A stretch of DNA of 64,000 nt from a bacterium (GTDB lineage: Bacteria; UBA8248; JACPRG01; G963555815): positions 1,184,001 to 1,248,000 of the forward strand of contig CBDHDG010000006.1 of assembly GCA_965261595.1 (NCBI GenBank), written 5' to 3'. Each line of letters begins with the position of its first letter. Position 1 is the stretch's first letter. The notes under the pieces were generated by a model, which saw nothing but the letters and a program-made list of their open reading frames with translations, was not told the origin of the DNA and ran no database searches. Shown in pieces: positions 8,784 through 22,506 of this stretch. The translations under genes were made by a program, and so were the position numbers.

Positions 8784-9728
8784 GGGCCTTTTGGGCGGTC
8801 GGCCAACCGGCCGGGTCAGAAGGCATTCGATGTCCCTGTACAAGATGGCGTTGGCCGGAAGCCGAATCGCATAGGAGTAGCCCTCCGCCTCAAGGTATCG
8901 GTACACCTCCGGCTTGGCAAATGCCGCGTCGCCTCGAAAAAACCGACAGACCTTCGCATCCCGGTAGCGAGCTACCACCGGCTCCAATACAGACCACCAG
9001 TCATCAGCGCTGTGGACCTTGCCGTTGCGCAACAGCGCCCGCTCCAGATCGCCAAACTGGTTGAAGCAAAACAGTGGGTGATAGCAGGTGCAGCCGAAGT
9101 GGCCGTTGTAGGAAGAGCCTTCCTGCTCACCGTGGGTCGGGCTGACCGAACTGTCCATGTCCAGGATCAGCTTGCGAATCGGCTTGCGTTTGCGGACACG
9201 ATCCACCAACACACCGGGCAGACCGCTCAGCGCCTTGAGGGGTTAAGGGGCCGGGTGAGGGTCTGCGTCTCGAATCGGCTCATCTGGCTGGTGGAGGCAG
9301 CGGTGTGATACTTCGCTCGCCCCCCAACCACCTGACGCATGGCGGGATCGACACAGAGCCGCTCGGCATCATTGGTGTCTTTATATCCTGCCAGGCGGCT
9401 GTAGACCGACTGGCGCACCAAAGCGGTGAGGCTGTGCCGGGTGTTCCCGCCCGTCCGTGAATCGGACAGAAACCCCTCGGCCGCCTTCGTCAGCCCCAAC
9501 ACCTCATCCAGTTCACGATAGGCAAGCAAACCGGCGTCACTCGTAACCTTTGCTCCGTGAAACTCCAGCCTGAGCCGACCGTCGAATTGGAGCCTCAACG
9601 GCCTCTTTTTCGCTTCACCCATCGGGTCCCCTCGCAAGATGATGGCAGGGAGAGGACAACACCTTGATTTTACACGAGAAAACGGCCTTCGGGGCGTTAA
9701 AAATTATCATCCATATGGGAAATGCGGG
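8784..9728 (-). mobile_element. IS1380-family element remnant: frameshifted transposase, 3' end removed at IS3 copy 2
   Basis: [60 protein letters not shown]; frameshift in the G/C run near 9240; terminus-like CCCGCATTTCCCATATG near 9728. Confidence 0.85.
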
Positions 9729-9894
9729 GAAAAATGTCTCATGGAATAGCATCCTTCCTTTTCAAGAATCCAGAGTAAACGTCTCTTTGCCTTCGGCAGC
9801 CTGGAGTGTCAACTGTATTTGATGTTTCTCAGGACTCTGCTAGAAGGGTTGGAATTGTCAAGGAAGAATTGACTCTCCCCCCCCGCGGGACCGC

Positions 9895-10863
9895 CTACCT
9901 TCCCGTCCGTCCGGCGGGGGGCTTGGCCGATCTTCCCCCGCCCACCCGCATCCTGGGATCGAAGGCGTCGCGCAGGCCGTCTCCGATGAGGTTGTACGCC
10001 ATGACGGAAAAGAAGATGAACAGCCCCGGGAAAAACGTGATCCACCACGCCGTCCGCAGGAACGTCCGGCCCTCGGCCACCATGTTCCCCCAACTGGGCG
10101 TGGGCGGCTGGATGCCGAACCCCAGGTAGCTCAACCCCGCCTCCGCCAGAATGACGTAGGCCACGCGCAAGGTGGCGGCCACGACGATCACCGGTACGAC
10201 GTTGGGCAGGATGTGCTTGAGCATGACGCGGACCTTCCCGGCGCCCGTCGCCAGGGCCGACTCCACAAAGGGCCGCTCCCGTAAGGAGAGAAACTCCGCC
10301 CGGACGACCCGCGCGGTGATGGGCCAGGACGTCAGGCTGAGCACCAGAATGAGGTTCAGAAAACTCGTCCCGAACAGCGCGACAATGGCAATCATGATGA
10401 AGTACGTGGGGAAGGTGATGATCGTCTCGGTGAACCTCGAAAGAATGTGATCGGTCCACCGGCCATAGAAGCCCGCCAGCGCGCCGACGATGATTCCGAT
10501 CAGAATGCTGATGGACATCGACAGCAGGCCGACGGACTGTGAGATTTGGCCCGCCCACAGGGCGCGGCTGAGGATGTCGCGGCCGTAGCGGTCGGTGCCC
10601 ATCCAATGCTGGAGGCTCGGGGGTTTCAGCCGGCCGGAGAGGTTCTGCTCGTCGATGCCGAAAGGGGCCAACCGGGGCGCCAGGAGCGCGCTGAGGTAGA
10701 ACGCCAGCAGAAGTGCGAGGCCGACGGCCGCGCGGCGGTTCCGCAGGAACCGCCTCCAGAACCCCGGGGCGGCGGGCATTCCCGTTACAGCTTCAACCCC
10801 GACCGCCCCAAGGCCCGAGGATTCGGAACCCCGATCTTCCGCCAAATTCGCACCCATTGACAC
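9895..10863 (-). CDS. Peptide/nickel ABC transporter permease (DppC/OppC-like)
   Basis: HWMGTDRYGRDILSR, EAA-loop ESALATGA, EAGLSYLGFG.QPPTPSWG. Confidence 0.92.
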   Translation of the reverse strand: MSMGANLAEDRGSESSGLGAVGVEAVTGMPAAPGFWRRFLRNRRAAVGLALLLAFYLSALLAPRLAPFGIDEQNLSGRLKPPSLQHWMGTDRYGRDILSRALWAGQISQSVGLLSMSISILIGIIVGALAGFYGRWTDHILSRFTETIITFPTYFIMIAIVALFGTSFLNLILVLSLTSWPITARVVRAEFLSLRERPFVESALATGAGKVRVMLKHILPNVVPVIVVAATLRVAYVILAEAGLSYLGFGIQPPTPSWGNMVAEGRTFLRTAWWITFFPGLFIFFSVMAYNLIGDGLRDAFDPRMRVGGGRSAKPPAGRTGR

Positions 10864-10884
10864 TGATCCTCCCCCTCCCCCCAG

Positions 10885-11838
10885 CTACGTGTGCTTGATT
10901 CTCGGGTCGAGAAGGCTGTAGGCAACGTCCACGAACAGACCCGCCGTCAACGCCAGGACCGCCGCCATGATATTGATCGTGATCACCACGGGGTAATCCC
11001 GAAGAAGCGCCGCGCTGATGGCCATGCTGCCGATCCCCGGCAGGGCGAAGACATACTCGACCACCACGGTGGCGCCCAGCATCAGGGGGATGAGCATGCC
11101 CAGCACGGTGACGACGGGGAGCAAGGAGTTCTTGAGGGCGTGGCGGTAAATCACCCTGGCGCCCGGCAATCCCTTGCTCCGGGCCGTCCGGATGTAATCC
11201 TGGTCGAGCGATTCCATCATGGCGTTGCGCGTGTAGCGCACGATGGGCGGCAAAGAGACCGTTCCCAGAACCACGACCGGGAGGATCAGGTGGCGCAGGA
11301 CGTCCAGGACGGGAAAAGGACCCGGATCGTCCGACATCCACCCCGTCGCCGGGAGCCATCCCCAGGACTCCGCGAACACGTAGATCAGCATCAGACCCAA
11401 CCAGAACTGGGGGATGGAGATGCCGAACAGGGAGAACACCGTCAGCGAGTTGTCGAGTTTCGTGTAAGGCCGGACCGCCGAAACCACACCCAGCGGGATG
11501 CCGATAACGACGGCGAACAAGAGGCTGCCCGCCATCAATGAAAGCGTTATGGGCAGACCTTCCAGGATCATCACCCAGGTGGGCTGCGCGGTCTCGAAGG
11601 AATCCAGCCGGCCGGACAGGAGCGCGCCCATCGTCTTGACAAACTGGATCGGCAGGGGCTCCTCCAGACCGAGACCCTTTCGGACCTCCAAAAGCTCCTC
11701 GTCCGTCAGGATCTCTACATTGACGAGCAGGCCGGTCGGGTCTCCCGGCGCCAGGTGGATGATGAGAAACGCGACCACCGAGATGCCGAACAGGATGGGA
11801 ATGAACTGTAGAAGCCGGTTGGACAGGTATTTACCCAC
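10885..11838 (-). CDS. Peptide/nickel ABC transporter permease (DppB/OppB-like)
   Basis: HLAPGDP, DYIRTARSKGL, HALKNSLLP, RDYPV. Confidence 0.92.
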   Translation of the reverse strand: MGKYLSNRLLQFIPILFGISVVAFLIIHLAPGDPTGLLVNVEILTDEELLEVRKGLGLEEPLPIQFVKTMGALLSGRLDSFETAQPTWVMILEGLPITLSLMAGSLLFAVVIGIPLGVVSAVRPYTKLDNSLTVFSLFGISIPQFWLGLMLIYVFAESWGWLPATGWMSDDPGPFPVLDVLRHLILPVVVLGTVSLPPIVRYTRNAMMESLDQDYIRTARSKGLPGARVIYRHALKNSLLPVVTVLGMLIPLMLGATVVVEYVFALPGIGSMAISAALLRDYPVVITINIMAAVLALTAGLFVDVAYSLLDPRIKHT

Positions 11839-12029
11839 GATGACTCAAAAACCCTTGGGCGGGGAGGAGGTTTCCGGCGAACACCGAAACCCGGGGCGGA
11901 GGGAAAGCTCCGGATTCCAACGTGACGGTTCCTGGCTGTCCGATTCTTGGCTGTCCAATTCGAGGGACCGGCGCGGAATGTTGCACGGACGTCCTTCCCA
12001 GGATTCGAGCCTTTCCCCGGATCATCCCC

Positions 12030-13217
12030 TTACATCCGATCGCCGACAATGGGATCCTCGATCGGGTGCGTGTGGAGATCCTCGACGCCGGTCTCGGTGA
12101 CCGCCAGCAGGTCTCCCAGAAAAATCCCGCTCTTGCCGTCCGGGGTGCTCGGGTTCGGCTCAACCACAATCGTCCGACCCTTCCGGAACGTGAAATCCGG
12201 GATGGGATACGGCGACCCGGGAATGCCGATCACCGGCGCCTCCAGGGAAACTCCCCACCCGTGCACCAGCGGGGCCCGTATCGTGAGCCCCGCGTCGATC
12301 ATGGGCTTCGCCCCGTCCAGGACGTCGGCCACGGTGCTTCCGGGCCTGATTCGGTCGCGAATCCGCTGGAAGACCTCCAGGCCGATCTCGAACAGCCGCT
12401 CATACGGCTTGGGCGGCGTCCCCGCGAAAACGGTCCGAAGGATCTGGCCCGAATACCCGCCGTAAGAAGAGCTGTGCTCGCTGATGGTGACATCCCCCCG
12501 GCCGATCCCGCGGTCTGAGATGTACGCGTCCGGGAACGACATTGCGGGATTCGCCATGGGAGTGGACCCCACCAGAGCGAAGATAAAATCCCCCCCCGCG
12601 CGATGGGATTCGAAGAGGATCTCATGATACAGATCGATGTTGCGGACACCGGGCCGGATCGCCTCCACCATCGCCTCAAAGGCGCGATCGCTGATCTCGG
12701 CGCCCTTTCGCAGGAATGCCAACTCCTCTTCCGACTTGATTTGCCGGACCCGCTCCATCAAATCGGTCGCGGGCGCGAACCGGGCTCCGGGCAATGAGGC
12801 CTCGAACGCGGCATGATGCTCGCTTGGAATCGAGATCTTCCACCTGGAGGCCATCCCCACGAGACCGATCCGAGCGCGTTCCAGTTCCTTTTCGCACAGG
12901 ACTTCAACAACCTTCTCTCCCATGCGCGCCCCGGCCGCTCGCATGTCCTTCACGACCGCCACCTCTCTGCCCGTGTCAAGGTGGGGAAAGAGGCTCGTCA
13001 ATAACGTCGGGGGCCCCTGCTTCGGAAAGACACAATAGGCCTGCATCTGATCGGTGTAATTGGTCAGGTATCTCAAATTGGCCTGGCTCTCGGGACCGCA
13101 GGCCCCGTACACCAACAGGCCATCGAATTGGGCGGCGTCCATGGCGTCGCGAATCTTTTGCCAACGACTCCGAACCTCTTCGTCACTGAACTTGGGGTAG
13201 AAGACCGGCTCTGCCAT
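12030..13217 (-). CDS. M24 (Xaa-Pro peptidase/creatinase-like) family protein
   Basis: NLRYLTN N-domain, R.IKSEEE, HGWG, VEPN. Confidence 0.85.
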   Translation of the reverse strand: MAEPVFYPKFSDEEVRSRWQKIRDAMDAAQFDGLLVYGACGPESQANLRYLTNYTDQMQAYCVFPKQGPPTLLTSLFPHLDTGREVAVVKDMRAAGARMGEKVVEVLCEKELERARIGLVGMASRWKISIPSEHHAAFEASLPGARFAPATDLMERVRQIKSEEELAFLRKGAEISDRAFEAMVEAIRPGVRNIDLYHEILFESHRAGGDFIFALVGSTPMANPAMSFPDAYISDRGIGRGDVTISEHSSSYGGYSGQILRTVFAGTPPKPYERLFEIGLEVFQRIRDRIRPGSTVADVLDGAKPMIDAGLTIRAPLVHGWGVSLEAPVIGIPGSPYPIPDFTFRKGRTIVVEPNPSTPDGKSGIFLGDLLAVTETGVEDLHTHPIEDPIVGDRM

Positions 13218-13306
13218 GCCCCCCGATTCCCCCTTCGGCCCATCTTGAGCCCCGGAGGCGATGAACCTCCCCCCGGAATGAAAAGTTTTACGGGACCCGG
13301 CGTCCT

Positions 13307-14320
13307 TCAGTCCTTGAAGTGCGGCCAGACCTTTTCAGTGAATTCCCGGAATTGTTTCATCTGGTCGGGCGCGGTGAAGAGGATCGCGAACGTCTGAATC
13401 CCGGCATCGATGAATGCCTGAATTCGTTCGCGGATGTATTCGGCGTCGCCGTACGGACCCCAGATGTGATGGCCGTTCACCTCCTTCCAGAATTTCATGT
13501 TTCTGTAATATTCGAGAAGATGACTCTCGTACTCTTCCCGGGCCCGCTCTTTGTTCGAATTGATGTTGACCCTGAGGGTGCACGCGGCGTGGAGGGCCGA
13601 CGGGTCTCTGCCCGCTTCCTTCGCGGCGGCGGCCAGCACCCGGCCGGTCTCGACACAGTCCTCCGGAAACGCGACAGCGGTCATCCAGCCGTCCGCCCGC
13701 TCGACGACCCGCCGGACCTGAACCGGGACGAGGGGGCGCAGACCGTGCCCGCACACCGTCCAGATGGGGATGCCGCCGGGCCGGACAGACTTGGGCTCGA
13801 GGGTCACGTTCTCGAACTGGAAATACTTCCCCCGGTGCGTAACGCCGTCCTCTTTCCAGAGCTTCCGGAGAATGTCGATGGTCTCGTCCATCCTCCTTCC
13901 CCGCTCTTCGGCCGGGACGCCGAGGGCGTCCCACTCGTTCGAATAGACCGAGCCGCGCTCATACGCCCCCCCGGCCCCGAAGGCCAGGATGAGTCGGCCG
14001 TCGGAGACCTGGTCGATGGTGGCGGTCTGGTGAGCCAGGTGGATGGGGTGGCGCAAGGCGGGCAGCAGAACGGTCACGCCGATCTTCACCCGCTCGGTCG
14101 CCGCCCCGAGGGCCGAGAGCAGGGTCAACGCCTCGTACCGCGGCTTGGCGACGACGCTGTCGCCGATCCAGACCGAATGGTATCCGGCTTCCTCGATCTC
14201 CCGGGCCATGCGGAGAAGGGTCGATTTGACGGAGGACCGCTCCCCCCCCTCCCCCTCCCCCCTCATCGACCACGCACGGTTGCTCAGGTGAATGCCGATC
14301 TCCACCTTCTTCGCCGACAT
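13307..14320 (-). CDS. LLM-class (luciferase-like) flavin-dependent oxidoreductase
   Basis: GYHSVWIGDS, LSALGAATERVKIG, ATIDQVSDGRLIL. Confidence 0.9.
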   Translation of the reverse strand: MSAKKVEIGIHLSNRAWSMRGEGEGGERSSVKSTLLRMAREIEEAGYHSVWIGDSVVAKPRYEALTLLSALGAATERVKIGVTVLLPALRHPIHLAHQTATIDQVSDGRLILAFGAGGAYERGSVYSNEWDALGVPAEERGRRMDETIDILRKLWKEDGVTHRGKYFQFENVTLEPKSVRPGGIPIWTVCGHGLRPLVPVQVRRVVERADGWMTAVAFPEDCVETGRVLAAAAKEAGRDPSALHAACTLRVNINSNKERAREEYESHLLEYYRNMKFWKEVNGHHIWGPYGDAEYIRERIQAFIDAGIQTFAILFTAPDQMKQFREFTEKVWPHFKD

Positions 14321-14521
14321 CACGCACCTTCCCGAAATGAGACGAGAGACAAACCGCCCGCGCCGCAAAGGGACGGACGGATTCAATCAAAAGCGAATTG
14401 ATCGCCCACCATTCTGACAGAAGGGAGAAAACCGGACAAGGAACGGTGATGGCAACCCCGGGGATTGAAACCGTGGCGGTTCAATCCCAGAGGCATATTT
14501 GCAGTTGCCGGGAGGTCACGG

Positions 14522-15496
14522 TCATTGAATGACACGGCCCAGCCGGCCGGAGATGATCGCTTCGGCCTCTTCCACGGTGCGCCGGATGACCTCGGCCGCC
14601 GGCAGGATCTCTTCGATCAGCCCGGCGTCCTGCCCGTATAGAAGCGGCGCGTTCTCCACGTCTCCCGCTTGGCGCGCCGCCATGGCCGCCTCGGCCGCCT
14701 CGCGCCGGTTGCGGCGCAGGTCCCACTCCCGCCCGGCCCACTTCCGAATAAACCCGTTGCGCGCCGCGCGGGCCATCGCCCCCGGCCAAACCCGGCCGGA
14801 CGCGATATCGGGGATCTCGGTGAGGTCGGTGTCGTGGCCGTCGCTGCGGACGATCGCATCCTTGAGGTTCGGGTGAAGGGGAGATTCCTCGGTGGCCAGA
14901 AACCGCGTCCCCAAAAGCACACCCTCCGCCCCAAGCGCAAGGGCGGCGGCCAGGCCGCGCCCGTCGACAATGCCCCCCGCGGCCAGAACGGGGAGGGGCG
15001 CGACGGCGCTCACCACCATCGGCACGAGCGGCATCGAGGCCATCCAGCCCACGTGGCCTCCCCCCTCCGTCCCCTGGGCGACGACGACGTCGGCCCCCGC
15101 TTCGGCCCCGCGAACGGCCTCGGGCGCCTCCCCCGCCATGAACATGACCTTCGAGCCGATGTCGTGAACCCGATCGAACCAGGTCCGCAGATCCTGCTCC
15201 GGCCGCGCCCAGGCGAATGCGATGAGGGGAGGCTTGGCCTCCAGGGCGGCGGCAAAACCTTCTTCCTTTATCTCAAACAGGAGAAAATTGACGCCGAAGG
15301 GTTTTTTCGTTGAGGCCCGGATGGCCGCGATCTGCTCAGCCACCTGCGTCGGGCTCAGGTTGGCCGCCCCCAACGTCCCGAACCCGCCCGCGTTCGACAC
15401 GGCGGCCACCAGCGGCGCGGACGTCCCCGAAGCCATCCCGCCGAGGACGACGGGGTGCTCGATTCCGAGGAGGTCACAAATTCGCGTCCGGATCAT
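14522..15496 (-). CDS. Nitronate monooxygenase / FabK-like FMN enzyme
   Basis: AVSNAGGFG, AQGTEGGGH, AAGGIVDGRG, LGTRF; RBS before MIRTRIC. Confidence 0.9.
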   Translation of the reverse strand: MIRTRICDLLGIEHPVVLGGMASGTSAPLVAAVSNAGGFGTLGAANLSPTQVAEQIAAIRASTKKPFGVNFLLFEIKEEGFAAALEAKPPLIAFAWARPEQDLRTWFDRVHDIGSKVMFMAGEAPEAVRGAEAGADVVVAQGTEGGGHVGWMASMPLVPMVVSAVAPLPVLAAGGIVDGRGLAAALALGAEGVLLGTRFLATEESPLHPNLKDAIVRSDGHDTDLTEIPDIASGRVWPGAMARAARNGFIRKWAGREWDLRRNRREAAEAAMAARQAGDVENAPLLYGQDAGLIEEILPAAEVIRRTVEEAEAIISGRLGRVIQ

Positions 15497-15649
15497 TCTG
15501 CTTCTCCTGATGATGAATGGGATAGGGAAATCATTTGCATCGGTTTCGAGGGGGGGGAAGGGGAGGGCTTTTCGGCCGCGCCCGGGAAAGGCTTTGAAAT
15601 CGCCCCGCCCGGCCCCGGCGTTCTCACCCGCCAATCAGCGCGAAAGACA

Positions 15650-17431
15650 TTACCGGGCCTGCGTCAGGACGTCCACGAGGGCAAGGCGCTTCTCTTTCTT
15701 GACGACCTGAATGGCCCGGTCCAGGACGGGGGCGAGCTCCGCCGGGTCCTCCACGAGGCCGAAGCCCGCCAGGCCGTAGGACTCGGCCATGCGGGCGAAG
15801 TCCACCGCCGGCTCATCCAGGCGGACGCCGATTCCGGCCCGGCTCGTGGGCCGGTCCCGGTGTCGGGCCATGACCAGGGCGTGCTCCTCCGAGTTGTAGT
15901 ACGACCGGTTGTTCACGATGACGGTGAGAAGCGGTATGTCGTGATGCGCCGCCGTCCAAAGAGCGGATGGCGTGTACAGGAAATCTCCGTCGGCCTGAAG
16001 GTTGACGCAAAGGCGCTCGCTCCCCCGGTGGGCGAGGGCGACGCCGAGGGAGGCCCCCATCCCGTACCCCAGCCCCGCGCCCCCGCTATGGCCCAGGAAC
16101 TGATGGGGCGAGGTCCACGACCAGAGCCTTCTCTCCCACCCGTAGAGCTGACCGTTCGTGAGCACCCAGTCCTCATCCTTGAGCAAAGCCCAAAGCTCGC
16201 CGGCCAGACGGGCCAGGGAGATGGGCCTATCGTCCCAGGAATCCCGGGCCTCTTTCTCCCACCCGGCGCGCAGCGCGAGCCTTTTCTTCTTGAGCTTTTC
16301 GAAGCGATCCCGGGCCGCTCCCCGGCGAGCGGCGTCCTTCTCCAGCCGCCCCCGGACCTTTTGGACCAGGGGAGGAAGCGACCGGGCGGCGCTGCCCGCC
16401 AGGGGCAGGTCCACGGGTGTCAGCCGGTGGTAATCGGTGGACCAGGACGGGATCGCCAAATCGAAATTCGAGATCTGAGCGACCCGGCATTCCGGTGAAA
16501 GACGGAAAACGGACTCCCGCGTCGTCTTGTCCTGGACGGTGAGGGCGCGGTACAGGTCCGGGATATCGAGGCCCAGGACGAGGTCGGCCCCGGGGAGCAC
16601 TTCGCCGGCGGCGCCGGTGAAATCCATCGGATGGGTGGAGGGGAAGTTGAACCGGCTGCCGTGGTCCAGGACCGGGGCGCCCAAGAGATCGGCCAGCTCC
16701 GTCAACGCCGGAATCGCGTCGGGCTCCCGCCCCACGTACTCGGCCGCTATCACGGGAAACGCCGCGTCGACGAGCTGCCGCGCCAGCTCCTCCAGTTGTT
16801 CATCGGGCGGAACGGCGGGCGCCGGCGGGAGATACCGAGCCGGATCGGGAAGCGGGGGCATCTCATCCACGCCCTCCTCCTGGATGTCGGCGTCGAAACA
16901 GACGTACACCGGGCCCGGCGGATCGGTTCGGGCGACCCGGTGCGCCCGCAGGAGGGACTCCGGGACGGCGGCGAGGCCCGCGGGCTGGTCGTCCCATTTC
17001 ACATATTCCCGGACGAGGGACCCCTGGACGAGAGCGGTGTGGATCCAGTCGATCCACGGCCGGCGCTTCGTCAGGTCCATGGGGCCGGTCGCGCCCAGGA
17101 GCAGGATCGGCGCCTTGTCGCACCAGGCATTGTAGATGGCCATGGCGCCGTGCTGAAGACCCACAATGTTGTGGAGGCACGCGGCCATGGGCCTGCCGGC
17201 GGCCTTGGCGTAGCCGTGGGCAAGGGCGACGGAGACCTCTTCATGCAGACACTGGATGATCTCCGGAACGGGATTGCCCGTCTCCCCGCCGCCGGGGAAA
17301 TTCACCAGTGAATCGTGAATTCCCCGGAACGTCGCCCCCGGGTTGAAGGCGGCGTACTCGATGCCCAGGCGGCGTAAAAGCTCGACAATCACATCGGATC
17401 CGTAGAGACTCGCACTCATCGCGTCATACAT
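15650..17431 (-). CDS. Thiamine-diphosphate-dependent enzyme (benzoylformate decarboxylase/ALS-like)
   Basis: CLHEEVSVALAHGYAKA, ADGDF..N ThDP motif. Confidence 0.9.
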   Translation of the reverse strand: MYDAMSASLYGSDVIVELLRRLGIEYAAFNPGATFRGIHDSLVNFPGGGETGNPVPEIIQCLHEEVSVALAHGYAKAAGRPMAACLHNIVGLQHGAMAIYNAWCDKAPILLLGATGPMDLTKRRPWIDWIHTALVQGSLVREYVKWDDQPAGLAAVPESLLRAHRVARTDPPGPVYVCFDADIQEEGVDEMPPLPDPARYLPPAPAVPPDEQLEELARQLVDAAFPVIAAEYVGREPDAIPALTELADLLGAPVLDHGSRFNFPSTHPMDFTGAAGEVLPGADLVLGLDIPDLYRALTVQDKTTRESVFRLSPECRVAQISNFDLAIPSWSTDYHRLTPVDLPLAGSAARSLPPLVQKVRGRLEKDAARRGAARDRFEKLKKKRLALRAGWEKEARDSWDDRPISLARLAGELWALLKDEDWVLTNGQLYGWERRLWSWTSPHQFLGHSGGAGLGYGMGASLGVALAHRGSERLCVNLQADGDFLYTPSALWTAAHHDIPLLTVIVNNRSYYNSEEHALVMARHRDRPTSRAGIGVRLDEPAVDFARMAESYGLAGFGLVEDPAELAPVLDRAIQVVKKEKRLALVDVLTQAR

Positions 17432-17619
17432 CCTCAGTCGTGAAATGGATCAGGAAGACGGAGAAAGGCGTTCCCCCGCCTCGGCACCCCGCGAATTCCC
17501 AGCGGGTCAATCAGGAAAAAGGGCGGACGCACCCCCAGGGTGGACCCCTCCCCCCTGGGGACGAGATGAGTCCCCGGAATGGAAACCGAACGAACCGGAA
17601 ACGCGCGCCCGCCGATGAA

Positions 17620-18675
17620 TTACATCTTCGTCCGCTTCGGGAACCGCCAAGCCCTCGGGGTCGCCTCGATGAACTTGTTGGTAAAGGTGTCCCGCGAATT
17701 CAGCGGCCCCTTCAATCCGAGGTGGTCCCTGACCAGCCCGACCGCGCTCTTCATCTTCCCCGCATCGGCATAGCCCAAGCCGTTTTTCTTGAACAACTCG
17801 TCGAAGGTCAGCGCCACGACGAATTTCCATTCGGCCTCGATGACCTTCCGGCTACGTCCCAGGTTGTACTTCAAAAAGGCGTCAATCGCCTCTTTGGGAT
17901 GATCTATGGCGCAGGTGTACCCCCGCATGGCGGCCCGCGTGTACCGGCGGACGAGGTCGGGGTCCGATTGGATGACCTTGTCGGAGGAGATGACCACCGA
18001 TCCGTAGAGCTGCAGGCCATAGTCCGCCCACAGGAAGTAACCCACCCGGCCTTTCTTGCCCGCCTGCGCCGCGGCCTTAGCGAAGGCGGGGATGTTTACC
18101 AGCCAACCGGTCGCAGCGTCCACAATTCCCGATGCCAAGCTCGGAGCGAGAGCGGATCCACCCATGTTGACGTGAACCATTTTCTTGTCGTCAAACCCGC
18201 TGATCTTGGCGAAAGCCGGGATGAACCAGGTGCTTGAAGACCCCGCGACAACGGCGATTTTTCGTCCCTCCAGCATCTTTAGGCTTCGAGATTCCCTTTC
18301 CTTTCATATAGGCGATTGCGTAGGGTCCCTTATGGAAGGTGACAAAGATGATCTTCACCTTCGCCCCGCCGCCCGGCCGGAGATGACCGATTGGGCCGCC
18401 GCGCGGGAAATCTTGGTCGTCCCGGCGGCGACGCGCTTCACCGCGTCCCCCGACCCGTAGCCCCTGGTGATCTTGACCTTCAGCCCTTCCGCCTCATAGA
18501 AGCCCTTGGCCAGAGCCATGAAATCGCCGATGTGCTCCGCCCCCAGGACCCAGTTCTCCGTATAGACCAGCTTGGTCATTTCCGCATGAACCGGAAAGAC
18601 GCCGAACAGGCCCAACTGTAGGAACGCAGCCAACAGAATGCCCGTCCTGAAATTTGTGTTCGCACGAATTTTCAT
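17620..18675 (-). pseudogene. NMT1/THI5-family ABC substrate-binding protein, broken by two compensating frameshifts
   Basis: Signal peptide, ALAKGFYEAEGL.V.I.RG.GS, DYGLQLYG; the middle segment reads AKVKIIFVTFHKGPYAIAYMKGKGISKP in a shifted frame. Confidence 0.8.
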
Positions 18676-18979
18676 CTTTGTCTCCCCCTCAGGAATAGAC
18701 CCCCGCGTGGAGGCAACGGCGCGGCCGAGCGCCGCTCCGTCCGGGAACACCCGGCAGCGCCTCCCGATCGAGGTCTTGGAAAACAACGCCTCTGCCCTCC
18801 CACAGCGAGTTCCGCACAGGCCCGCTACGTCTGAGATTTTCGACGGGATTCCTGAAAACCGTCACCATCTTAACTTGAAATCCGATTCCTGTCACGACAA
18901 GCCTTTCCACGAAACCGGGTCAACCCCGGTTTTCTATACCGACCGAATTCTGATTCATCGGTGATGGGCCAAGCCGAAT

Positions 18980-19015
18980 AAAAAAAGGCCCCATCCTCGT
19001 GACGAGGACAGGGCC
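18980..19015 (-). terminator. Rho-independent terminator of the rRNA operon
   Basis: GGCCCTGTCCTCGT/ACGAGGATGGGGCC hairpin followed by T7 on the minus strand. Confidence 0.85.
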
Positions 19016-19024
19016 CTGGAAAAA

Positions 19025-19142
<118 letters not shown>

Positions 19143-19244
19143 AATCGAAATCCCCCGCAGGGCGGCACCTGCGGGGGACACTGAATAGCGCGAAGGGTGG
19201 TCTTGGCAAAGCACTGAGCGTTTTCATGTTGGATGAGACCATCA

Positions 19245-22272
<3,028 letters not shown>

Positions 22273-22328
22273 TGAAACTCGATGATCTCGCTCAGTGACT
22301 ATTGCTTTGACTTCTTCGCGCTATTCAG

Positions 22329-22342
22329 TTTTCAAAGAACAA
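22329..22342 (-). promoter_or_regulatory. Spacer boxA and upstream arm of the 23S processing stem
   Basis: TGTTCTTTGAAAA; the adjacent CTTCGCGCTATTCAG (22314-22328) is the inverted complement of 19181-19195. Confidence 0.7.
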
Positions 22343-22419
22343 TGGGGCCAGCCTTTGGCCGGACGCCCAAAGAGGACACATCCACCGTCAAAATCGAGCC
22401 GCCCAGGGGAGAGTTACGG

Positions 22420-22492
22420 TGGAGGTGAGCGGATTCGAACCGCTGGCCTCCTGCGTGCAAGGCAGGCGCTCTCCCAGCTGAGCTACACCCCC
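22420..22492 (-). tRNA. tRNA-Ala(TGC), CCA not encoded (followed by CCG)
   Basis: GGGGGTGTAGCTCAG..., G3.U70 pair, anticodon TGC. Confidence 0.96.
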
Positions 22493-22506
22493 GTCACGCG
22501 CGACCC

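Noticed and set aside
18676..18960. TPP riboswitch upstream of the NMT1/THI5-like gene
   Set aside because: The conserved CTGAGA core occurs only on the wrong strand and the other motif elements are missing.
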